Shown here piece by piece: positions 13,662 to 26,042 of a stretch of 61,085 nt of DNA (its first letter is position 1; every line of letters starts with the position of its first letter). A program made the translations under genes and the position numbers. The notes beneath the pieces were generated by a model. The model did not search any database, was not told the origin of the DNA, and saw only the letters and a list, made by a program, of their open reading frames with translations. Source of the stretch: Rhizaria sp. SCN 62-66 (lineage: Eukaryota); assembly GCA_001724265.1 (NCBI GenBank), contig MEDY01000036.1, positions 124,001 to 185,085 of the forward strand. The letters are read 5' to 3'.

Positions 13662-15636
13662 ATGAGCTCCTCCCGCCCGGCCGGTCCCCATTCGGCGGGG
13701 GCATCCCTGCCCGCCCAACAGTACGTTTGGGTCTGGGGCACGCTCCCTCCCGCGCTATCTACGCTGCCAGAGAACACCCGCCTGCTCAACGGCGGCGTCA
13801 CGCTCCCCGGCTACCGCAACGTCGAGCCCGTCCCTGCCCCTGCCGCCGCCGCCGGTCCCGCTGCCGCGGCCACCGCGTCCGCCATTGCCACCGCCGCGCC
13901 CGCGGCCACCGCGACGGCGCCTCTCACGGCGCACAACACGACGTTTCACCCGGACATCGCGGTGGCGCACTACACGCCCGTGCTCGTGGACGTGCTTCCC
14001 AGCGACTGTGAGCGCGTCCGCAGCATCGACGCCGGCTACAACCACGTGTCACTGCTCTCGGCCACGGGTTCTATGTACGCGTGGGGTGACGGGCCGGCCA
14101 CGCTTGTGCCGCGCGCGTTGCAGACCACCAACACCGCAGCCTCAGGCTCTCGCGCGGCGAACACCAGCACCACGAACAGCTTGAACTCCTCCTCAAACAG
14201 TGCCGGTGCCAGTGCGAGTGGAGGTGCGTGTGGTGTTGTGAATGTGGAGGTTGCGCCCCCCAGCCTGACTTTCCGCCCCGTTGCAGGCCCCCTGCGGCCG
14301 AATCCGCACTACATAACACCTCAAAACACGCACGCTCACTCAGCCAGCACGAACAGTGGTGGTGCAAACAACAGCAACAGCAGCAGCAGCTACAACTTTG
14401 GTGTGAATACTAACCAAGCCAACTTAAGTGCGAATGCTAGTGCGACAGCAATGCTAACGACAACATCAACCACGACGACTACGACAACGACGACGACAAC
14501 GACGGTGTCAACACATGCTAATGCAGCGAATGCTCAGCCTTCGACTGCGAACGGCGCTGGCACTGGCGCCGTAGCTGGCGCTGTAACTGGCGGGCTGGTT
14601 GTCATTGGCCCCGCCGCGCCCCCTGCTGATGATCCGGGACAGCGGCATACTCAGTGGTGGCCAGCAGCCGTCTCTGCTGAGGCTCCTGCTAGCGTCGGTG
14701 TCGTCGCTGTCGGCATCCCTCCCTTCGCGACGCAGACTAACAACGCCAGTAAAAACTCAATTAGAAACAACGGTCATGATAGCAGTACGCATGACAACTC
14801 TCGTGCCAGCCCATCTGCAGGCGATCAGTACGACGATATGGACTCCGAGGCTGCCGCGGCCGCTGCCGTTGCCGCGGCGTATGAGGCTGCTGAGGCGGAG
14901 GCTGACGCTTCGATTAACGCCGAGTGGGCAATTGCCACTTCGCTTTCGGCCTCGTCGTGCGCGAATCACATTCACCCGAACAAGACTCCTGGCTTGAACA
15001 GTGCTGCGGCGACTGCTGCTGCTGGCAAGAGTGGGGAGACTGGGCCTGCAACCGGTATCACAACCACTGTGACGACGACGACAACGACGTCCGTAGCCCC
15101 CTCCAGCCATACAGTCTCGCAGCGCGGCCTTTTTTCGGTCCTGCCCCCGCTGCCCCTCGGCGCCGCGTCCTCCCAGTCCGACCCATCGCACGGTGGTCAC
15201 GGTGGCCATCATCAAGGCAATGCCGCGGCTGCGAGCGCTGTCGTGCACGTGGCGTCTTCGCGCCTCAAGCAGATGGCTGTGCTGGCCTCCGGCGTGCTGC
15301 TGGAGTGGAGTCTAGCCAGAGACAGCGCCATCGACGACAACAACTTCAACCGCGACATCCACGTCCCCACGGCAACAACAACAGCAGCGTCACCGCAGCA
15401 TCCGCAGCAGCAGTTGCAGGGCGTGTTGGGCCAGCTGCAGCCGCCGATGCTCGGCTACGATAACTCCAACAACAGCAGCGGCGGCGCCAACAGCAGGATG
15501 GGCCGATCCAGTTCTGGATCTGGCTCAACGCTGCTGCGCAGCCCTGCGACCGCGGGCGCCTTTGCCGGCGGCGCTGTCACGGGTACAGGCATGGGTACCG
15601 GTGGCGCGAGCACTGGCGCCACGAGTAGCAGTGCAA

Positions 15637-15672
<36 letters not shown>

Positions 15673-18600
15673 TGGACTCGGTGGTGAGCCTGGTCAAGAA
15701 GCCCGTCTCCGCGCTGGCCGCGATCGCGGTCTCGCTCGGCCTGCGCGCTCCGTCCCCGTCACCCTCCGGTCAGCAGCAGCAGCAGCAGAACGGCGACGCA
15801 GCGGACGACGACGACGACGATGACAACGGTGTTGTGTATAACCCCTTTGCGGACGACGAAAACGCTGTTAATAGCGGAGGTGGCGCTGTAGACGATGACG
15901 GAAATCGTGTAAGTACCCCCTTAGAGCCGGGACTTAGTACCCCGACCAAGCGGCATCTAGACGTCTCCGCGCCCGCAACTCCCCCGCTGCCGCACCTCAG
16001 CCCCCTGCCTCAGCAGCAAGGGCAAAGTCAGGGCGAAGCCGTGTTGCACACGCAGCCCCTGTCGCTGTCGCAGGTACAGTCACGGGCGGGCTCCCGCCCG
16101 CAGTCTCGCTTCACCACGCCGCCGCTGTCCCCCATCGCCCTCTTTGACTCTAACAATCACACCAATAGCGCTGACCGGGCTCATGTCAGCAGTGGCGACG
16201 ACGCAGAGACGTCGGCGACGATGAGTACAGCGACTGCGACAGCGGAGAACAACACCCTCTCAGCGCGCAGCTCTCTGAGCCACAGCGCGTTCGTCCGCAG
16301 CAGCAGCAACAACAGCACCAGCACCGTCGGCCCGCAGTCGATCCAGTCGCTGTCGCAGTCCGCGCAGTCTGCGCTGCAGCCGTCGCAGTCTTCTGGCCGG
16401 TTGATCGGCCCGAGCGTACGCTCCACGGCACTCGCGCTGCCGGCCGGCGTCGAGGCCGCACACAGCCTCGTGCCAGCACCCGCCACGGTTCTTCTGCACT
16501 CGCAGAGCGCTTCCGTGAGCAATAACAATCGCAACGATGCTAGTGCAAAGACCGCGAAGAACACGAAGGCTTCCAAGAAGGACAACATCAAAGCCAACGT
16601 TCACACCCCTGTGTCCGCGACAGTAGCGCCAGGGCCAGCGCCAGCGCCAGTGCCGCTGCCCCCTCCGACCGCGGTGCCGCCGCTGCCGCCGCTGCCTGCG
16701 CCCGTGGCCTCCCTGGCGCGCCAGTCGATCTCGCGCGTGGCACTGGGGTCCGGTTTCGCGGTGGCCGTGACGACCGACGGGCACGTGCTGACCTGGGGCC
16801 GGCGTTCGCATGGACGCCTCGGCCACGGCAGCGAGCCCACGGCCGCGACCACGCGCACCATGCCGCGCTACCTCGTTATCCCCACAGACGCCTCCGACGC
16901 CGCCGCCGCGGCCGCGGCCGCGGAGGAGGATGCAGAGGCCGCGCGCCTCAAGCTCGCGCTCGCGGGGCTGCCGGCCTGGACGCGGGCCTCCGCCGCCGCC
17001 GCCGCTGCCGCCGCCACGGCCGCCGGCTCGAGCGCCGCCGCTGCCTCCGCGGTCGCAGCCGCGGTCGTCGCCGCGGCTGCCGCGGGCGGGGACGCCGCGG
17101 CGGCCTCGGCGAGCGCCAGCGCGATCGCGGCCGCCACCGGCAGTAGCGGTGGCGTTGCGGGCGGCGTGCTGTCGGCGGTGTCGAGGCCGCTGAACCGCGT
17201 GCGCGTGACTGCGGCGGCGTGCGGGTGGGGCCACACGCTGCTGCTGACGGACCGCGGCCACGTCTACGCCTTCGGCTGCGGGCTCGCGGGCCGGCTGGGG
17301 CTGGGAACCGTGTTCGACACCTCAGTGCCCGCGCTTGTGAACATCTCACACGACAACAACACGATGTCGTCCTCGTCATCGTCCTCTATGGGCGACAACG
17401 GCAGCGGCGGCAGCGAGCCTGTGGTGATCGTGGCGGTCGCGTGCGGCTACGCGCACTCGCTGGCGCTCGACGCCGCGGGCGCCGTCTGGGCCTGGGGCAG
17501 CAACGAGACGGGCCAGCTGGGCACCGGCGACCGGCGGACCGCGCTGGTGCCCGTGCGCACCGACTTCGCGCCGGCCGCGGAGGAGGCCGAGGCTGAGGCC
17601 AGGGCCGAGGAGCGCGCGGCGAAGCGCCAGGAGCTCCGCACACTGCGCAGCAAGGCCGCACGGCGGGCGCGCAAGATTGCGCTGTACAGCAGCAGCAGCG
17701 GCAAGGCTGGCCGGGGCGCTGCGCTCGATCACGCGCACAACGACGATGGGAGCAGTAGCTACGACTCCGACAACCATGGCGGCGATGATGACGACTACGA
17801 AGACGAAGAGGACATCGGCGAGAGCGATGACGGCACAGACAGCGAGTACCACACCGACTTCGCCGACGTGCCCCCCGCCTTCCCCGTAGTAGACCCGCCG
17901 TACATCGTGTCTATCCACGCGGGTCCGTTCCACTGCGCGGCCGTCAGCGCGGAGGGCTGCGTGTACACGTGGGGCAGCAACGCACACGGCCAGCTGGGAC
18001 TGGGCACGCAGTTCCACCCGCTCGGCGCGCGCTACCGGCCCAACGCGCCCCATTCCAGCAGCCACAAGCGCACCCGCAAACCTCGCAAGCCTCGCAAGCA
18101 GCAGCAGCTGCAGAACCGCGAGCTGGAGCAGCCGGGCCAGCAGAATCAGCCGCCGCAGCACGTGGAGGGCCGCGACTGGGACCGGTTCTGGGGCGAGGAA
18201 GGCAGTAGGCAGGGCGGGCACTGCGAGTTCGGGTCCGACTCCGACTCGGTGGCGTCCTCCGTCTCCGCCGCGTACAGTGAGGCGCACTATGCTCACGGCC
18301 ACGGGCACGGCCACGGGCGGAGGTACTCGAGTGTTGACTCCGCTAGTGCCAGTCACCGCGCTGGCGACACCGAGTCGCGGTCGCAGTTACTGCATTCGCA
18401 GGCTGTTGGCAGTGGCGGCGTGAGTCAGGCTCTTGCGATCAAGACGGGGACGCGGGCGATGCGCACCGCCACGATTCCAGGCTACAACAGCAACAGCAAC
18501 AGCCAGGGCGATGACGTGAGCGTCAACGTGACTGGTGACGGCGAGTTTGACTGCGACTACGACTATAACGACAATGACGTCGAGAGCAATATGAGCGACG

Positions 18601-21600
18601 TCTGCGTTTGCGCTCATCATGACACTGATGGTGATTATAACGGAGACGGCGAAGGCAATAATATGGCACACAACATGCTGCCGCTCATGCCATCAGTGGC
18701 CCCAAGTGTTGTCTCTAGCAACAGCAACAACAACAGCAGCGCCGTTCGCGGCAATGCGGCTGCAAACGCTAGCTCTACGTACAATCGCAGTCGCCATGCG
18801 TACCAGCAGCAGCTGTCGAAGCAGTCTCACCCGCGCTCGCGCTCGCAGTCGCCCTCCGCAGCCAACTCTCGCTCGCGCTCAGACTCACAACAGTCGCGGT
18901 CGCAGCTGTCGCTGTCGCGCTCGCGGTCTCAGTCACGGTCGCGCTCACGCTCGCGGTCGCGCCGCGCTAGCCCTACCGCCGCTGCCGCGGCGCGCACCCG
19001 CATTTCTGCCCCCGTGCGCTCTCCAACCAATAACAGTAACGACAGCGGATATCTCTACAATAGTCACGGGGGCGGTCACGGCGGCAATGTTGCTCACGGC
19101 CACTTTACTCTCTCGAACAACAACGGCGCTGCTGCCACGACCAAGGCCGCTAAGACTGCATCAAACAAGCAGAGCACGAGCACCGGCCTCAGCTCACAGC
19201 TGCATTCTCAGTCCCGCGGCCGCGCGGCCGCCCTCTTGGCCGCCCAGCACCGCGCGACGGCTCGGTCCGTGGCCCGCGCCGCGGCGCGCGCGCAGGACGA
19301 CAGTGCGTTGCTGTGGCTCGCGGTGGGCGCGCCGCTGTTGTCCCCGCTCACGGTCACGCCCGCCCTCACGCGCACGCTGTTCCCGCCGTCTACACAGTCG
19401 AGCAATGCGGACGCTGTCGTGACGATGACGACAACGACAACAACGACTACGACGACGACGACTGTGGTCGGCCCTATCCCGGCCGTGACCGCGCCGGGCG
19501 ACGGCGGCGCTGGCCGGCGCCGGCGCGGGCCCCTGGGGCTCAACCTTGGTCTGCCGCGCCTGAGCCTTTCGCTGCAACTGCCGTCATTCCGCCGCGGCAG
19601 CGACACGACCGGCCTCGACTCATCGACCTCGGCCTCCGCCGCCGCTGCCGCTGCTGCCGCCGCCGCCGCGACCGCCACCGTGAACGCCGCGGGCAGCGGC
19701 GGCGCGTTCGGGGCTGACGCCACGACGACCGCTGTTGCCGCCGCGGCCGCGGCCGCTGCCGAGGCCGCTGACGCCGCCGCGACGGCGGCCGAGCTGGCTC
19801 TCTCTGCGGGCGGCAGCGCCAGCGGCAAGGGCAAGCGGGCCGCTGCGCCTGCGCGCCGCAGTGTGTTGTCCGTGATCACCAACAGCGGCCACAGCGGCAA
19901 CAACAATGGCAGCAGCCGAAACACCAGCGGACTCGGACGTGGCAGCATCAGCGGCGCCACCGGCACTAGCTCTGGTTCGGTGTTGTCGCCGCTGCACACG
20001 CCGACAGCCCGCTCCGCACTCGCCGCCGCCGCCGCTGCCGCCCACGCCGCCACTGCCAGCGCCGCAGCTAGTGCGAGTAGTAATCCTGCGGCAGCGGCTG
20101 CGGCAGCGGTTCCAGCAATTGTGACGGTGCCGGCGCTGCTGGCCCCCGCGGCGCCGGGCCCCGCGTTCGGACACTCTGGCCACTTCATCACCGACACGGA
20201 TGCCACCGCGGCGCGCCTGCCGTCGCACCCCTATTCGCTCGTGCCGCAGCGCGTCGCTGCGCTCGCCATCGCCGCCGACGTTGCCGCGGTTGCGTGCGGC
20301 GGCGCCTACACCGTCGCCGTCACCGGCGGGTTCCGCGCCCACGGTCACTCCGCCGCCTCGGCGGCCCACAGCCACAAGGGCGGCGCGACGGCGGGGCTCG
20401 GCGCCGGCGTCTCGAGCGCGCTCGCACAGGTGTACCCCGACTACTTCAAGCCGCCGCGCGCGCGCGACCGCACTGCGCGGACAGCGGGGGTGGCGTCACC
20501 CCTCGAAGCTGCTGCTGCGGCGACTGCGGTCACTGCGGTCGTGAACGTGGTGGTGGGCTCTCCCGGTGCGGCGCGGAACGCGGAAGTGAAGCCGCACGCG
20601 CTGGAAGTCAGGCCGCCCGGTTCGCGGGGGCTCAGGTCACACTCGGACGCTGCTGCTGCTGCAAGCAACAACAGCAATACTGCTGTTGTCGCTGTTGGTG
20701 GTGATGCACGCGCACTTGTGGCAAGGGCGCCAAGGATCTGTCGCCAGTGTGGCCGTCGACGTCTTCGTCACGGCGCTGCAAGTCGCGCTGCAAACACGAT
20801 CAACGCCGACCGGATTACGCACGAGAGCGACGCGGATGCGAGGCCACAGTCTGACGATGTGAAGTCACCCGAAGACGACGAGACGAATGACAGCAACGAC
20901 GTTGTTGTTGCACCTGACACTGACGAAAACGACACCGTTTCCCCTGACGCCATTGGGGCTGGTGCTGGCGCCGGCGCAGCGGCTGAGGCTGCCCTGTCTG
21001 TTGTCTCCGTCCCCGTGAGCGTGACTGCGAGCGTCGCCGAGAGCAGCGTCAGCGCCAGCGCCAGCGTCAGCGCGAGTGTAACCTTGAGTTCCACCAGTGC
21101 CAGCGCCGGTGTCGGTGCGAGCGGGCCACCGAAGCCGCACAGGCTACCGCGCCTGATGCAGTCGCACCGGGGCCAGCGCGGCAGCGTTACGATCGACGCC
21201 AACAGCGGCAGCAAGCCCAACGTCGCCGGTGTCGCAACCGGCGCTGATGCCATTGTCGCTGCGTCTACTGGTACTGACGCTGTTTGCCCGTCACCTTCAC
21301 CGACACTCTCTGTAACAAGCGCAAATACGGGTACAAATGTGACCAGCGTGAATGTCAAGAACAGTAATCCTGTCGCGAGCGCGAGTGTAAGTGCTCTCAG
21401 CGCGTTTGAGTCTCGTCGTCTAAGGGTGCCCGACTGGGTTTTCAGTCGACGCACGCTCACGCTCTTTAACTCAGTCATGAGCGCTCTCGACGACCCTATG
21501 ACGCAGCCGCATCAGTCACAACAACAGTCGCTGCAGTCTGGGACGCCTGCTGGGCCGAACACCGATGCCGCACACGGTCACGGCCACGGCGCTCAGACCC

Positions 21601-24068
21601 CCGTGGTGCCGCTGCAGCTGTTCGCGTCCGACTCTAGCGACGCCAACGCGGCCGAGTCTGCCGGGAGTGCACAGAGCCCGGGCATGACTGCGGTCACTCT
21701 GCTGTCGCCTATGTCCCGTCGCCTGGACCCCACCGGCGGCCCCTACGGCCCCACTGCGCAGCAAAGCGCGCAGTTGCAGTCGCAAACCGCAACGGGCTCT
21801 CAATCTGCCGGAACTGCTGCCGCCAGCGCGGCCAGTGCGGCCAGCGCCGCGAGCGCGAGCGTGTGCAGCGTGGAGACCGCGGCGGCGCTGGTGGCGCGCG
21901 AGCTCGCGAAGGCCGGCGCCGCGGAGGAGGATGCGCCCCTGCACAGCAGCGCGGGATTCAAGTACTTACAGTCCAACTACATCCAGTCGAAGTACCTCAA
22001 CAGCATCATTAACAACAACAGCGTCAGTCATCTGTACTCCAGTGCGAACGGCGTTGTGTCCATCGCCAGCCCCACGAGCCCCGCGTCCGGTCTAAGTACC
22101 CCCGCTGGCGGTGTAAGTACCGCGCGCGCGGTGACCGCAGGTGTCGTGGCCGCGATGCAATGCTTATTGGTGCCCGGCTCCCGCGACCCGCTGCTGCTGC
22201 TGCAGTCGCAGGCCTCCCCGGCGTCGCCGGCAATCGCCGTCGCTAACCCCGCGAGCAACATCAAGGGTGACTCTGCCTCTGCTGCCGGACAAGTGGGTGC
22301 AGGCGCGGGCGATGTTGCCGGTGCCGGTGTCAACGGGACATCCGAGGCCGAGGCGAATCTCATCCGCTTCATGAAGCACGCGCCCCACGCCACCGCCAAC
22401 GCCGCTGCGAACGGAGCTGGAGTAGGCCCGAGCGCGGAGACCGGTGCGCAGGCACTGCTCGCCGCCGCCAACGCCGCCGCCGCCGCAGTCGTCGCCGCCG
22501 CTGTCGCCACTCCAGGGTCTTCAGCAGGAGCTGCAACGGTAGCGTCGTTGTCGCAGTCTGCCTCAGCGTTCCCGGCTCTGGGCTCTGGCGCTGTCAGCGC
22601 TAACGGTGGCTTTGCCAACACCATGGCGACACCAGAAACCGGGTTTGGCGGGGCGGTCAAGTGGCGTTCTCGTCTCCCCGCTTCGTACAACGTTGCCAAC
22701 AGCGTTGGCAACAACAGCAGCGGCAACGGTAGCGGCAACGGGTACGCCTCGCAGTCGTTGTTGTCGCACGCGGGCAACGACAGCGGTGCGGGCGGCTCCG
22801 GCTCCGGTGGCGGTGTGGCGCTGACTCCGTCGCAGCGCGCGGCGCTGGCCCCCGCGGCGCTGGCGGCGGGCGGCGTGGGCGGGCTCTCGACGGACGAGGC
22901 CGACGTCGTGCTACGCCAGTACCGCGCCAAGATCCTCGCCGACGCGCGTGAGCGCGCCCGCGTGGCGCAGTCTGCGCTGCAGGAGGAGCGGTCCGTGGCG
23001 CGCGCGCGCGAGGCCGTGGCCGCCAAGGCCGGCGAGCGCGACCGGCGCATGGCCGAGGTCGAGGCGCTGTGGGCCGACACGGTCGTCGCCAAGTGGGGGC
23101 GACCCGGCACGCTCGCGCACGCGCGCAAGCTCGTGCTCGTGCACGGCGTCCCGCCGCGGCAGCGCTCGGTGCTGTGGCCGTTGGCCGTGGCGACGCTCGC
23201 GGGCGCGGCGGGCATGGGCAACACGATGAGCGAGGAGCAGTTCGCGCTCGTGCAGGACGTGGCGACGATGGCGCGCGACGAGTACCAGGCCAAGGAGGCC
23301 GCGGCGCGCGCGCTCGCCGACGGAGACCCCGCGGCCGCGGCCGCGGCGGCCATGTCCGCGGGCGACGAGTTGCTGCGGCGTACGGATAAGTCGCAGACGT
23401 TCAAGGACGTCGATATTGACCTTGCCCGCACGTTCCCGCACCTGGCCTTTTTCCAGGACGGGTGCCCGATGAAGCTGCAGATGCGCGGCGTGCTCGACGC
23501 CATGTGTTTCGCGCGCCCTGACGTGGGCTACGTGCAGGGCATGTCATACCTGGTCGGGAAGCTGCTGCTGTACTTGAACGAGTACGACACGTTCCGCTGC
23601 CTGGCATGCCTTCTTGAGTCGTCCTTCTTCAAGGCACTCTACACTATGGACACGGATGCGCTGTACCGCCGCTACGCGCTGTTCGAGGCTGTGCTCAAAG
23701 ACGCCGCGCCGGCCGTGTACGCGCACATGGCGAGCGAGGACGTGTTCGCGCACGGGCCGACGCTCTTCTTCGTAGAGTGGGGTATGACGCTCTTCTCTAA
23801 GCGCGTCGATCTGGACGTTGCGAGCCGCATCTGGGATTGCTACTTCCTCTACGGCGAGGAGATCGTGTACCGCGCCGCCGCCGCGCTGCTCGTCTGCCTC
23901 AAGGCCGAGATCGTGGGGCAGCCCTTCGAGGGAATCCTGCGCGCACTCACGCGCGGCTCGGGCAAGGTCAGCGAGGAGCGGCTCATCGCTGCCTTGGCGG
24001 GCGTGCGCTGGCGCAAGCGGTACCAGGCACAGCTCGACCTCATCCTGAACCCGCAGGAGAGCGACTAA
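13662..24068 (+). CDS. Giant (~3468 aa) single-ORF protein with RCC1/BLIP-II repeats and a C-terminal TBC Rab-GAP domain (TBC1D12/14-like); stop TAA
   Basis: About seven RCC1 blades (e.g. VTAAACGWGHTLLLTDRGHVYAFGCGLAGRLGLG, VACGYAHSLALDAAGAVWAWGSNETGQLGTGD). TBC motifs GVPPRQRSVLW, DIDLARTFP (Arg finger), PDVGYVQGMSY (Gln finger), RIWDCYF. The start ATG at 13662 is inferred; an upstream exon is possible (CCTCAG acceptor near 13643). Confidence 0.85.
15639..15671 (+). repeat. Coding (GGC)11 trinucleotide tract (poly-Gly)
   Basis: Direct reading: 33 nt of pure GGC inside the RCC1-TBC ORF. Confidence 0.9.
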
Positions 24069-24587
24069 AATTGTGCAGTTAACTGACTAGGTGAGTGTTC
24101 AAGTGTAAGACGTGTACGTCTGTGACTGAGAGAATTAAGATTCCGAAATTTGCTTGTATTATCACTAAACAATGCTATACATTAGTTTTTTTTTTCTTCT
24201 GAAATACGTTCCGTGGAAACGTTGCGTGTATCTACCAGAGTTTCATGATGAGTGCCGTTGCTTTGTCGTTTTGATCACAATTATGTATTCATTTGAGGAG
24301 CGAATAGATAGACTAGATAAGGAGAGTACAAAAAAGCATATATGAAGAGGCCCCATCTATTTCACACAGCATAACGAGTGCTGATTCAGGGTCAATGAAA
24401 TTTTGATGCCATCGACCTTCAACTGCTACATGCAATCTTGCACTTTACGCACTGAGATCGCAGTGAAGAGTGACATCAAAGCGGGAATAAGCTCGAACCG
24501 ACAGCAACATAGCACGATAACAATGAATCCGGAAAAACCACCACATGTGAGCTGTTGTTGCACAGTTTTGCGGTGTTTTCCACAATC

Positions 24588-24980
24588 TCACTGACTCTCA
24601 GGAACAGCGGTCTCGTCCTTCTTCTTGGGGATCGAGGAAGCCAAGACCTTGACCGAGACAATGTCCGCCATCGCGGCAAACATTGCTGGCGCGCGCAGCA
24701 CCCCGCGCGGGTTGTCCTCGGGCGGCACAACGCGGTGGTACTCAGTAATCATGACGTTGGCGAGGTTGTCGATGCAGTACAAGACGCCCTCGTATGTGCG
24801 GCCGTCCGTGACAGCGATGCGAACGCGCGAGCCAAGCAGGGATTGAAGATGCGCCTCACGGGCCTGCTGCGCGGGGTCAGTGCTAACACGCGGCGGGACG
24901 TATTCGTGAACAGTGAGAGGCGGGAGATCGGTGAAGAGGGCCGGGGAAGGCACAGTGCCGGAGTAGGGCAGCGTGGACAT
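24588..24980 (-). CDS. NAA38: Sm-like (LSm) domain protein, most like the NatC auxiliary subunit NAA38/LSMD1/Mak31; stop TGA
   Basis: LQSLLGSRVRIAVTDGRTYEGVLYCIDNLANVMITE (Sm1) and IVSVKV (Sm2). The pattern resembles NAA38 as recalled. ATG at 24980 chosen because the sequence upstream is AT-rich. Confidence 0.65.
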   Translation of the reverse strand: MSTLPYSGTVPSPALFTDLPPLTVHEYVPPRVSTDPAQQAREAHLQSLLGSRVRIAVTDGRTYEGVLYCIDNLANVMITEYHRVVPPEDNPRGVLRAPAMFAAMADIVSVKVLASSIPKKKDETAVPESQ

Positions 24981-26042
24981 CGCTCTGGACGTACTGCGAA
25001 GCGAAAACAAAAAATCAAGATATATAATAAAGGAAAAATAGAGATTGTAAGATATTATGTCCGTAAAGCACCGCGGCATTCCGTTTTAACGGATCTGGTA
25101 GCTCATAATAGTGCCGTTTATATCGCATCTTGGCTTCGTCATTGAACGCGAGCAACATTATGGATTTAAAGACAAGCACATATCTCGTTGTGTACACGTT
25201 GTTATGAAGATATCCAAGGGTTTGACATATGATTATGGTTTTAATGTGAATGTAACATATTATATTTCATTCAGGCAGCGCAGACGAATCTCCGTCTGTT
25301 TGTATTCAGACTGGCGAGCTTGCCAGTTGTGTGACGCTGTCTGTCACCATCATTGGTCCGAGTTGCTCACAGAGTGAAACAGCTGTCCTGCGTAGCTGTC
25401 CCCTATTGCTGCGGAACGAAATAGTTGCTGTGCACGCGACGAACAACGTCGTTTTTCTTGCTCTTCCAGTGCAGACGTTATGCAGACGGACTTGCGACAG
25501 CGTGACTGCTCTAAAGTGTGATGAAGACCCGCACGACATCACCGTTTACAACATGATAATTAAAGCACTTGACGTTAGATTATTTGTCAGCCAGGATGAT
25601 GATCGTCGCACATGCAATAGCAGACTTCGTTCACACCAATAAAGCTAAGATCAACACGAGCATACTTGTTTTTGTAGCAGTCCAAGTCGAACAAGGTCTT
25701 ATGTGAAATTCTTGCACTTACGAGCGACCTCAAACAACTTCTTCTACAATAGCGGCCAGTATGTGGTGTTCACATCTGGTTTTGACAGATATAAAACACG
25801 CTTATATTTCACAAAATGTTGTAGAAAATGACATATAAATAATTTATTACCTAACAGACCACTGGTTACGCCCGCGCCCAAACAGAAGATTGTGCGTGAT
25901 TTCTGAACACCGATCAAATGATATCAAGGGGACCCCAGATCACACAAAGCACAACTTTGAAGATGACAAGCAGATCGTCATAAAATCCCTGGACATTGTT
26001 GCGTCACTATTCGTCACTCTCGGTTGCTCACTAGCTGTCTGT

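Noticed and set aside
24981-26042. Short ORFs between the LSm and thioesterase-like genes
   Set aside because: Composition is intergenic or UTR-like, with no motifs.
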